This document shows, piece after piece, positions 38,400 to 50,095 of a stretch of 64,000 nt of DNA; position 1 is the first letter of the stretch, and every line of letters begins with the position of its first letter. Origin of the DNA: Camelus dromedarius (Eukaryota); assembly GCF_036321535.1 (NCBI RefSeq), contig NC_087472.1:96970001-97034000 (forward strand), written 5' to 3'. The notes beneath the pieces were generated by a model. The model was not told the origin of the DNA and did no database searches. It saw only the letters and a list, made by a program, of their open reading frames with translations. The position numbers were made by a program, and so were the translations under genes.

Positions 38400-40260
38400 G
38401 GGTCACAGCACACTCCAGCATGACCCTACCCATAGGTAGAGGTCTTTCTAACTGAAATTAGTCCCTAAAGTCTGGAAGAGGTGACTGTATCCTCAAATGA
38501 GCAGACAGCTACACAAAGCCACAGGGATCAAGAAGAATCAGGGAATCATGACACCACCAAAGGAACATAGTAAACTTCTAGTAACTGACCCCAAAGAAAT
38601 GGAGGTACACGAATTGTTTAACAAGACAATTCAAATAATTGTTTTAAAGAGGCTCATAGATCTGCAAGAAAACAGATAAACAATTAAATTAAATTAGGAA
38701 AACAAGTGGGGGAGGGTATAGCTCAAGTGGTAGAGCACATGCTTAGCATGCACAAGGTAATGGGTTCAATCCCCAGTACCTCTTCTAAAAAAATAAAATA
38801 AAATAAGTAAATGAATAAAACCTAATTACCTCCCCTTCAAAAAATATTTTTAAAAATTAGGAAAACAATATAAGCACAAAATGAAATGTTCAACAAAGAG
38901 AGAGAAAACATAAAAAAGAACCATATGGAAATTTTGGAGCAAGAGAATACAATGATTGAACTGAATTGAATAGAGATTTTAAATAGCAGATTGGACCACA
39001 CAGAAGAAAGAATCAGTGAACTCAAAGACAGATCATTTAAAGTAATCCAATCAGAGGAGCAAAAAGAAAAAAAGAATGAAAAGGAATGAAGAAAGCCTAT
39101 GGGATTTAGGCACACCATTAAGAAAAATAATCTATGTCATTGGAGTCCCAGAAGGAGAAGAGAGGGAAATGGGGACAGAAGGCTTATTTAAACAAATAAT
39201 GGTTGGGAACTTCTCAAACTTGGGGAGAGATTTGGACATACAAGTTCATAAAGTTAATAGGTCACCTTCAGATTTCAGTACAGAACAGTCTTCTGCAAGA
39301 CACATTATAATGCAACTATCTAAAATTAAAGAAAAGAGAATTTTAAAGGCAACAAGAGAAAAAAATTCTCTCATACAAGGGAACACTTATAAAGCAGTCA
39401 ACAGATTTCTCAGCAAATACCTTGCAGGCCAGAAGAGAGTGAGCAGATATATTCAAAATGCTGAAAGCAAAAAATCTGCCAACCAAGAATATTTTATCCA
39501 GTAAAATTGTCCAGCAGAAGAAATGAAGGTGAGATAAAGACTTTACAAAACAAACATAAGTTGAAGGACTTCATCACCATTATTCTTGCCTTACAAGAAA
39601 CGCTGAAAAGAGTTCTTCAAGCTAAAACAAAATGATGCAGATTACTAACATTAAAACATAAAAAATTTACAACACACTAGTAAATTTACATATATAGTAA
39701 AATTTTGAATGATCTAATACTGTAATGTGATTGTGTGTTAACTGCTTAACTCTAGTATAAAGATTAAAGGAGTAGAGTGTTAAAAATAGCTATAGTTATA
39801 ATAATTTTGTAATTGATGCACAATATAAAAAGGTATAAATTGTTACATCAAAACCATAAAATATGGGAAGGAGAGTAAAAGGGTAGAGTTTTTATATGTA
39901 ATCAGAATTAAGCTGAAATTAGCTTAAAATTGACTGCTTTATCTGTAAGATGTTTCAAGTAAGCCTCAGAGTAACTACGGTACTAAAACCTATAGTAGAT
40001 ATATGCAAGGTAAAGAGAAAGGAATAAAAGTATAATACTATGGAAAAATCATTTCACAAAGGAATACAGAAAGAGAGGAAGAAAAGAACTACAAAACAGT
40101 TGGAGAACAATTAACAATATGGCAAAATGAATAATAAAACAAAAATGAAGTAAAACAAAACATGTATGATCATCTCAATAGACTCATGAAAAGCATTTGG
40201 CATAATACAACATCCTTTCATGATGAAAACATTCAACAAGTTAAGTATAGAAGGAACATT
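38400..40260 (+). mobile_element. Old L1 5' portion (ORF1 remnant, spacer, ORF2 scraps)
   Basis: ORF1 peptides IMTPPKEHSK, IYVIGVPEGEERE, RHIIMQLSKIKEKRILKATREK; ORF2 scrap ATGATCATCTCAATAGA...CAACATCCTTTCATGAT. Confidence 0.85.
38706..38853 (+). mobile_element. tRNA-derived SINE, camelid vic-1 type, inserted in L1 ORF1
   Basis: GGGGGAGGGTATAGCTCAAGTGGTAGAGC...GGGTTCAATCCCCAG; perfect 15-bp TSD AAATTAGGAAAACAA (38691-38705 / 38854-38868). Confidence 0.93.
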
Positions 40261-40655
40261 GAGCTTAGCAAGAATGTTACGGGAGAATTTTAAATAGGGT
40301 GAGTTAATTGGAGGCTAGAAAGGAAGGAGGAATTGAGGATAGCACTATTTTCTTTCCTCAACTTTGGGACCATGTGCGCTGACTATTTCTTTTTCCTTCT
40401 CCTATCATTTTGTTGGTCCTTTTGGGACATTTTTGCCTTAGCTTCAATTTGAATATCTATATCCAGTGTAGAGAGGAAAAAAAATCATTTATCCTCTTAC
40501 GATTGGTAAACTGCATCTACAAGTTAAACTGAAAAAAGACAGTTTAACAGGACAAAAAACCTATAGAATTTATTTATTCATGTAACATGCATGTATGTGG
40601 TGGAGCTCAATGATAAATAACTCAGAGGGGTGGTTATTATTTGGGGCTTATATAC

Positions 40656-41921
40656 TGTTAGCAGATAGTGAGACCCCTAAATTAGGAAGCCCACAAAAAG
40701 ATGAGTCCTTGCCACTGGCTGTAAAAGAATTCACAGCAGAGGTGGAGGGACAAAGTGAAAAGCTACTTTATTGCTCAAAAAAGGAAAAGGAAAGAAAGCA
40801 CTCCAGCTGGAGCTGTCAGCTCAGATGGCCAGTTGAGATAGCTCCAGCTCTGGGTTGGGCCACGTGGACATTTATTAGAAGCTTCTGCCATTATGTCTTC
40901 CTTCTGGGTGTGTTGCCGAAAGATCAGCCCCTGTCCCTAATGAGCCAAAGAATTCAGAGACCGGGTCTTGGAGCTTAGAAGAAAAGGTGCAACTTTATTG
41001 CTTTGCCGGGCAAAGGGGACTCACAGCAGGCTAGTGCCTTCAAAACTGTGAACCCACCGTGGGGATGGGGCAGGGTGGTTATATAGCCATAGCTCAAACA
41101 ATAAAGCAGAATCATTTTCTCATCAGAAGACTTAGAATGGTGTCATGATGCCTCCAGGTGACCAATTCTGTAGAGGCTAGTGGTTGTCCCTCTTTCCATC
41201 TCTTTATCTGATGAGCACCCAAGGTGTGGTCTTCTTGGTAATTCAGGCTATTTTGTAAGGTTACAGTCCTGTGACCTTCTCCTTAGAGAACAACTCAGAG
41301 ACCAAGCATGATTATTGCTTTCGATGACTGGAATAAAGTAGAAACAGTAAGATCAATAGCTTTAGTTTTAACAGTGGGCCTGGAGCTGTGGGTAGCAATC
41401 GGTCAGTCAGGTTTCTTGACTGTTCTAAGGGCAAGCATAAGAATAAGCAATCTGTTAGCCTAAGTGTGGCCATTTTATTAATCCTCCTTCAGGTGTGCTA
41501 GAACCAATCACTTTTTCCATCCTTGGGTAGGCTTTTCCGATTGTTGTCATGGCAGCCGTCAACTGTCATGGTGTGTCATTGAGCATGCTAATACATAACA
41601 AGGAGCATAAATGAGGCTTAAGGTCTACGGGATGTCAAATCCTCCTCCATCTTGGATCTAGTTGTTTTTAACCAGTTTTGTTTCTAGGGCTAGGGGAGAG
41701 ATCTGGTCATCATTCAGTTAGCTTTTTCCCTCTGATGACAGTTGTAGTATCCATAAAACATCTCAGGAATGTGCATCAGACCATAAGTCTGTGACTATTG
41801 TCCTAATCATCAACTACTTGAGCCTGCTGTTTTATGACTCAGGAAGGCCTGGGAGATTAGGTTTTCTATAACCAAGAGGCAGAGGTTGGGTACGGGGCCT
41901 GAAGGGTCCTAGTCGGTTTCA
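40656..41921 (-). mobile_element. Middle solo LTR (ERV1-type; 40656-40910 plus 41496-41921)
   Basis: TGTTAG...TTTCA; TSD ATAC (40652-40655 / 41922-41925); minus-strand AATAAA at about 40767-40772. Confidence 0.85.
40911..41491 (-). mobile_element. Inner solo LTR (ERV1-type)
   Basis: TGTTGCCG...CCTTCA; TSD GGTG (40907-40910 / 41492-41495); minus-strand AATAAA at about 40994-40999 and TATATAA at about 41079-41085. Confidence 0.88.
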
Positions 41922-43060
41922 ATACCATCTTAACAAAGATCAGCATTTTGTGAAGAAGTGACTAGACAAAGGAAAGAGTGACTTGGACTTCTAAGGGTGG
42001 TAAATTGTGGCAAGGCAACTAGGAAATGTATGGTAGATAAGGATTGTTTAGTAAAGTTTGTTACGCAGATAAGAGTCATTCTTTTCCTGGTATGGGAGAG
42101 AGAACACCTTTACAAATGATGAGTTATGTCACCCTTCCAAATAGAAATTTATGTCCTGCTTTTAGGCAGAAAGCAGGAGGACATAGAGTTCCTTCTTTGT
42201 CTGCTGTTTCTTAATAGTGTTCAGTTCAAAATAATCCTTATGCCAAAGTGGCATCTTTGGGGTGGCATTCTGATACCCTTCACCAGTAGGACTTAAGCTG
42301 TTTAGCCATGAACTTTCTGTACTTGTTAAACTAAAGGAACATCCAAATGGCAAGGTGCATTTTTTAAAATAATAATTTGAAATGTAAAATGTTAAGTTCA
42401 GGAGAATAGCGAACATTTTTTGCATCACCAGTGACAGTTCTGAAAGGGTTATCACCCCCACCCTGCCTATCTATTAATCTGGAGACAAATACATAAATAA
42501 CATGCCCTGCTATTAATTCTGAGATGATATTGGTTTGTAGTTAAGAATTATAGACTCTGGATTCACATTTTCTGGGTTCAAAAACCCACTTCCTAAATTA
42601 TCTTTAACAGAAGAAAGTTTAGGGTTTTAGCGGAATAGGCCATTGTCAATAATAGAGCTTTGTAGAATTACAGGGAGTTGATCGCTGAATATATCTCTTG
42701 CTGAATTCTGGCAAAATCAAACAAAAAACATGATATCAGGGTGTTTTATTCGAGTCTTTCAGCCTGTGGGCCCTTCAGATTTTTGGGTGTTTTTTGGTCA
42801 CAGCTATAACCATTGCTTGATTCTCTTTAATGACAATATTGTATTTAATATAACAATAACAAGGAAATGCTCACTGTAAGATGAGCAAGACATTAGCCCC
42901 ACAGAACCAGTTGGAACATGTTCTCCAACAGAAGGTGATTAGTACTGGAAGAAGGTGTGAGTTAAGCACTCTAGAAAAGCAAAAACTATAACTATCATAG
43001 TTTCCTATAGATATATCCAGGTAGAGTGAAAAGCTGAAAGAGACATTAAGAGATCTAAAC

Positions 43061-43200
43061 CAGTGGGTTTGCAATCCTGGATCACCTGAAGGGTGTTAGG
43101 AATGGTCTTTGCCCAAGATTTATCCCAGAGATATTTGACTGGGGAGGGGCTTGGACAGTCTCCAGAAATTCTAATGTGCATCTAATTAGGGTTGCACTAA
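43061..43200. mobile_element. MER5-like MITE
   Basis: CAGTGGGTTTGCAATCCTGGATCACCTG...CCCAGAGAT...ATTCTAATGTGCA. Confidence 0.5.
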
Positions 43201-44640
43201 TATAAACCAACTGTAACTTTTCTGAAATGCAGAGGTGTTAGAACAGATTCCCCAAGCTATGCAGCTGTGTGTTGTAGTAGGGCTGGCTCTAGGCCTGGTG
43301 CTTTTTCTATTATACCTTTCTTCCTGATTTATTACCTTGGCAAATTCTATCTCTCACTTCCCCTTCATCCTTATTCACAATCCTGCCTTTTGACTTGACA
43401 AAGCAAAAAGTCGTCTTCTGGCAGTGAAATGGTGTTTTGGATCCAAGAGGTAAATTACTTCTTACAGACAAGCACTTTTCCTCCAAGGGGAGCATATTTT
43501 ACTTACCTCCTTTCATAGCACCATGGGGGTTCCAGAGAGATGTTAAGCAGCAGGAATTCTTTGGTTGATAAAGAAGGCATTGTATTAAAAGGGTATGACA
43601 GCTCTTTGGAAATACAAAGAGAAAACAATTTTAGGAGCCTCCTGAATCTTGTTACATTTTGGTTTGGAAATGAATTCTGAGTTCTTGGGGTTTTTCTGGA
43701 ACATATGATTTATTTCTAAGATAGAAGTCTTTCAAAAAACTCTACTTTGCAGGACTTTTATGCTTCTGATGAGCTTCTAAAGAGTGATATTATAGAAGTA
43801 TTTGTGAGACTGGTAATGGTTACATGGGGAAGATGTAGAACTTTCTAAATTTAAACAGTATTTCGAGCGTATAGAAAAGAGTAGAAGAAAATATAATGAA
43901 TAACTGTGTACCTGCCTCTAGCTTTTACAAATCTTAATAATATACTGTAATTATAATACAATGCAATATGATATAATTTGGAATATAAAAACTTTTTACT
44001 GGAAAAAAATTCAAAGATTCACTAAAGTAAATATATAGTATGATAACTACTCACATAGCTTTTTCTCCAGCTTTAGAAATTATTAACATTTTGCCGATCT
44101 ATTTTTCATCTGTCCCCATCTACCTCCTTTTCTTATATTACTAGAATATTTAAAAAAAGAATCCTAGACATCAAGTAGTTTCAGTTGTAAATATTTTGGT
44201 ATGCATCACTGAGGTTTGTTTGTTTCACATGACCACCATGCCATTATTGTACTTAACAAAAATAGTGGAAATTTCTTAACATTGTCTAATATCTAGCCCA
44301 TAATCAAATTTCCCCAGTTCTCTCAGTTTTTTAAAAACAATTGTTTGGTATAACAACTCTTTATCATCAAAATTTTTAAATCATATCCAAAGTGGAAAGA
44401 ATAGTATAACGTACCCAATATTCCATCACGTAGCTTCAACAATCAGACACATTCAGTTTTTACAGACCGAAAACATTATTGTACACCTCTTCTGCTGTCT
44501 GTATTTGGTGTTTTTCATTTCTGAGAATGTTTTAAATAATGTTATTACATGTGGGTAATATATAATGTAACAATAAATATATGGTGTTTGCATGCTTTGA
44601 ACCATACTTGAATGTTACACCTATTCTTTGTCATTATGTC

Positions 44641-45111
44641 TGTCAACTAAAATAAATGCGCAGCCTAAAAGTTGAGAGTTATGTTTTATTTGGCAGGAAG
44701 ACTCAAGCCAGGATGACAGCCTCTCAGATTGCTCTGAGGGACTGCTCCGAAGAGGTAAGGGAGGAGCTAGGATATATAGGAGCTTTACAACAAAGACCAG
44801 GTAGTTGGAACAATAAAAGATTACTTGTTATCTAAAGAAAAATAGGCATCTCAAGTTAAAGAATTTAGTGCTTTTCTATGTACAGGAGGAAGCAAACAGT
44901 TGGGCTCATTGAATTCATTCCTTTGACAAGCGTCTAGATATCTAGGGCCAGCATCCTGTCCTTTCTTACCCTTGAGTCCCCTCAGAGGGCACCACTGTGA
45001 GTGGCTGCAGAGGCTGGGCTGCAGGCTTGTCTTCACTGGGGGGTGGCGGCAGCGGCTGATGACGGTCAGCTTTCTTTGTTTACTTATATGGTTTGCAGTA
45101 TTTTTCGTTCA
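44641..45111 (-). mobile_element. ERV1-type (MER41-like) solo LTR
   Basis: TGTCAAC...GTTCA; TSD TGTC/CGTC (CpG decay); GAGAGTTATGTTTTATTTGG and GCCTCTCAGATTGCTCTGAGGGACTGCTCC motifs; minus-strand TATA at about 44773. Confidence 0.8.
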
Positions 45112-45194
45112 CGTCTCTTTTTCACTTGACATCATGCGTTTTTAGGTTTATTTTTAAATGTTCCTTCTGTGGGTCAACAATTTTGGCTGGGCTC

Positions 45195-48100
45195 AGCTTT
45201 TTCTGCATCAGTTGAGATGATCATATATTCTTTTTCCTTCATTCTGTTAATGTAGTGTATTACAGTGATCAGTTTTTGTATGTTGAATCATCTCTGCCTT
45301 CGAGGATTAAATCTCTCTCCATCACTGTGTATAATCTTTTTAATATGCTGTTAAATTCAGTTTGGTAATATTTTCTTGAGGATTTTTGCATCTATTCATA
45401 AGGGACATTGGTCTGTAGTTTTATTTTCTTGTAGTTGTTTTTGGCTTAGTATCAGGATAGTGCTGGCCTCATAGAATCAGTTAGGAAGTGTTTCTTTATC
45501 TTCAGTTTTTTTTTTAGTAAGAGTTTGAGAAGGATTGGTGTTAGTTCTTTAAAGGTTTGGTATAATTCACCATGAAGCCATTAGGTTTAGGTTTTTGTTG
45601 GGAGATTTTCAATTACTGATGCCATCTTCTTACGTTTATAGGCTTATTCAGATTTTCTGCTTTTTTTTTTAACATTTTTTTATTGAGTTACAGTCACTTT
45701 ACAATGTTGTGTCAAATTCCAGTGTAGAGCACAATTTTTCAGTTATACATGAACATACATACATTCATTGTCACATTCTCTTTCTCTGTGAGCCACCACA
45801 AGATCCTTTATATATTTTCCTGTGCTACACAGTACAATCTTGTTTATCTATTCTACATTTTGAAATCCCAGTCTGTCCCCTCCCACCCCCCATCCCCCTG
45901 GCAACCACAAGTTTGTATTCTATGTCTATGAGTCTGTTTCTGTTTTGTATTTATGTTCATCTTTTTTTTTTTTTTTAGATTCCACATATGAGCAATCTCA
46001 TATGTTATTTTTCTTTCTCTTTCTGGCTTACTTCACTTAGAATGACATTCTCCAGGGACATCAATGTTGCTACAAATGGCGTTATGTTGTCGGTTTTTAT
46101 GGCTGAATAGTATTCCATTGTATAAATATACTGCTTCTTCTTTATCCAGTCATCTGTTGATGGACATTTAGGCTGTTTCCATGTCTTGGCTAATGTAAAT
46201 AGTGCTACTATGAACAGTGGGTTGCAGGTGTCATCCTGGAGTATGGTTCCTTCTGGATATATGCCCAGGAGCAGGATTCCTGGGTCATATGGTAAGTCTA
46301 TTCCTAGTCTTTTGAGGAATCTCCATACTGTTTTCCACAGTGGCTGCACCAAACTGCATTCCCACCAGCAGTATAGGAGGGTTCCCTTTTCTCCACAGCC
46401 TCTCCAGCATTTGTCATTTGTGGGCTTTTGAATGATGGCCATTCTGACTGGTGTGAGGTGATACCTCATTGTAGGTTTATTCAGATTTTCTGTTTCTTTG
46501 TGATTCAGTTTTGATAGATTTGTATGTCTAGGAATTCATCTGTTTCCTCTAGGCTACCTTTTTGGCATATAGTTAGGTGTTCATAATATTCTCTTACAAT
46601 CCTTCTAATTTTGTAAGGTGAGCAATAATAATACCTCCACTTTGATTTTTAAATCTTATTTGTGTCTTCTTTCTTTTTCTTTGTCATTGTAACTAATGGT
46701 TTGTCATTTATGTTGCTCTCTTAAAATACAAACTATGGTTTTATTGAACTACTGTTTTAAAAAATTCTCTTGTTTATCTCTGCTGTAATATTTATTATTT
46801 TTTCCTTCTGCTAGCTTTGTTTATTTTGCTCTTCTTTTTCTAGCTTCTCAAGGTGTAAAGTTAATTTTGATTTGAGATCTTTCTTCTTTTTTAATGTATG
46901 CATTTATATCTATAAATTTTCATCAGAGCCCTGCCTTCACTGTATCCCATAAATTTTGGTATATTGTGTTTTTGTTTAATTAATCTCTAAGCAGTTTGTA
47001 AGTTACATTGTGATTTCTACATGTGTGTGCATTTTTCATTTTTATTCTGTTACTGGTTTTTATATTCCTTCCATTGTGGTCAGAGAGAATATTTTGTGTG
47101 ATTTAAATCTTTTAAAATTTGAGACTTGTTTTGCAGCCTAACACATTATCTATGCTGGAGAATGTTCCAGGTCCACTTTAGAAGAATGTATTTTCTGTTA
47201 GGTCTGGTTGGTTTATAATATTGTTCCACTGTTTCCTTACTGGTCTTCTATTTATTCTATCCATTTTTGAAAGTGGGGTATTTAATTCTGCAACTATTAT
47301 TGTAGAACTATCTACTTCTCCCTTACATCTGTCAATGTTGCTTTGTATATTTTGGGGCTCTGTTTTTTGATATATATACGTATTTATAACTTACATATCT
47401 TGATGAATTGGCCCTCTTATCAATATATAACTTCCTTTGTGTCTTGTAATGGTTTTTTACTTAGACTATTTTGTCTGATATTAGTATAACCAGCCTAGCT
47501 TTCTTTTGGTATACTATACATTGATTAAATTCTACAATTTAATAAGGCATAGATTGTATTATTTTTAGATTCCACATTCTATGCCTTTAAATTGCATAAT
47601 TTAATCCATTTAAGTTTAAAGTAATTAATGATAAAGAAGCAATTACTTCTGCCATTTTATTATTTATTTTCTGTATTTATGACACCTATTTTATTCTTTA
47701 TTTTCTCCATTACTACCTTTTGTGTATAGTTGACCTTCGTAGTGAACCTTTTATACCCTTTTCTTTCCTTTTATGTATAGTTCTAAAAACATTTTCTTAG
47801 TAGTTACCATGGATATTACATTTAATAGGCTAAATTTATGAATTGATACCAACTTAACTTCAATAGCATACAGAAACGGCTCCTATACAGCTTCTTTGTG
47901 ATCCCTTTACATTGTTTTTGTTGCAGCTGTAAATTTGTACATTCTGTGCCCAACAATGTAGCTTATGATAATTTGTCATGCATGTCTTTTCAGTCCTGTA
48001 AGAAGTGACATGTGGAGATGTAAGCAAAAAATACAATAATATTGTCTTATATTTGTCCATATATTTAACTTTACCAGAGATCTTTATATCTTTATACAGC

Positions 48101-50095
48101 TTTGAGTTACTGTCTAGTGTACTTTCATTTCAGACTGAATGACTCCGTTTGACATTTCTTATAGGGCAGGTCTAGTTGTGATGAATTCCCTCAGGTTTTG
48201 TTTATCTGGAGATATTTTAATTTCGCCCACATTTTCAGAATACATTTTAGTCAGGTATAGAATTCATGTGACAGTTTTATTTTTCTTCCAGCACTTTAAA
48301 TATGTCATCTTACTGCCTTCTGTCCTTCATAGTTCTGATGTGAAATTGGCTGTTAATCTTATTGACGATCTCTCCTATGTGGCTAGTTGTTTCTGTCTTG
48401 CTTCTTTAAGATTCTCTCTTTGCCTTACACAGTTAGTTATGTATTTCCATGTTGGTCTCTTTGAGATTTTCCTACGTGAAGTTCGTTGAATTTCTTCTAT
48501 GTACAGATCTGTACTTTCATCACATTTGGCAAGTGTTTGGCCATTTTTCCCCCCAAATATTCCTTCTTCCCCTTTCTTTCTCTCTTCTGCTTTCAAAACC
48601 CCCATAATGCATTTATTGGTCTACTTGATGGTGTCCCACAGGTCACTTGTACTTTGTTCACTTAATTATTTTTTCTTTCTTTTCCCTGGATTCAGTAATT
48701 TCAATTGCCCTATTTTCAAGATTGCTGGCTCTTTAACCTCATCACATTTGCTGTTGAATCCCTTTAGTGACTTTTTCATTGCACTTATTGTTCTTTTCAG
48801 CTCTAGAATTTCAGTTTGATTCATTTTATAACCTATTTTTTATTGATTTTCTCACTTTGTTCAGATATATTTTTCCTGATTGTTTTAGTTCTTTTTCCAT
48901 GTTTTCCTTTATCTCTTTGAGTATATTTAAGACAATTGTTTTAAAGTCTTTCTCTAGTAAGTCTGATACCTATGTTTCTTCAAAGATGATTTCTGGAGAT
49001 TTATTTTGCTCCTTTGAATGGGCCATACTTTGCTCTTTCTTTGTATGCTTTGTGATTTTTTTGTGTGTGCAAAACAGACATTTGAATGTTGCAGCTCTGG
49101 AAACCAGACCCTCCTCTTTCCTCGGGGTTTGATTTTTTTATTGTTGAAGGCCGTAATAGTTCATTTGTCTAGTGACTTTCCCAAATTATTCTTGCAATGA
49201 CTGTTTTCCTTGATGTGTATGTTCTCTGAAATCTCTGTCTCTTAGCTTGAGTTCAGCTAGTGTGTTAACATATTTCTTGAATGCCAGGAGCCAAAAACAA
49301 CAAGCAAATAAGAAAAACCAAATCCCAAACTAAACAATATAAATGAAAACATCTCTCCAAGCCTTTACACATTGGCTTTGTTCTGTGATTCTCCTTCCAC
49401 ACTTAACTTGGCTTGCACTGAGCCTAGGGATTGGCCCAAGGTGAAAAATTAGAGTCTTCTCAGTTCTTTTCTGAGCATGCATCTTGCCCTGGGCATGTGC
49501 ACAACTTACTAAATTCCCCCATATACACAGGAAAAAAGGCAGTATATGTCCTAATTTCCAAAAAAAAATTCTTTCACACTTTTGCTCCTGGTACTTATGC
49601 AGTTTATTATATATTTCAACATTAATCTTTAGTCCTAGGTGTCAGTGGGTTGTTAGTTGGATTTCCAGTGTTTCTGAGCAATACCTTCTACTTTTCTGGC
49701 CTTAGTCTAAGTTAGGTGAAAGGGAGATAAATACCTTGTATCAGTCCTTTGGATAACCCCTAGACAGATTAGAACAGACATACACAATAATTCGTAAATA
49801 GGGTCTGCTTTGTTTTCTCTTTGACCAGGAACCAGAATCCCACACTGAACATGGGCTAAGACTCCTGCTATGCCAGAGATGGCTGGGGGTAAGGATAAGT
49901 AAAAACTCCACAAAGCTTTCTTGCTCTTTTGATAACTACCTTTTTTCCTGATTCAGTGTCTACTTAATTGCTATAAACCTTTGACTGTTTTCCAAAGTCC
50001 TGAGATAATTATTTTTCATAGTTTCTGCTTGTTTTCTGATGTTTCTATTGAGGAATAAGAGATTGGAGCTGCCTACTCTGCCATTTTTTTTCTCT
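45195..50095 (-). mobile_element. Old L1M (ORF2 5' half, ORF1 and 5' region), 3'-truncated, interrupted by a young L1
   Basis: Antisense ORF2 motifs (TTGAGGATTTTTGCATC, CACCATGAAGCCA); ORF1 remnant MGVLKAEERKKGEEGIF...RENLKEARQK. Confidence 0.75.
45660..46474 (-). mobile_element. Young 5'-truncated L1
   Basis: ORF2 end [11 protein letters not shown]...[11 protein letters not shown]; highly similar to 14185-14980; TSD TTATTCAGATTTTCTG (45644-45659 / 46477-46492). Confidence 0.95.

Larger units (their letters stand above)
40467..42282 (-). mobile_element. Outer solo LTR (MER34-like ERV1; 40467-40655 plus 41926-42282)
   Basis: TG...CA ends; TSD CCAG (40463-40466 / 42283-42286); minus strand starts TGAAGGGTATCAGAATGCCACCCCAAAGATGCCACTTTGGCATAAGGATTATTTTGAACTGAA. 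Confidence 0.85.

Noticed and set aside
38708..38785. tRNA gene (also 2270-2345)
   Set aside because: The tRNA-like head is followed by an AT-rich SINE tail, and the 38706 copy has a TSD; these are SINEs
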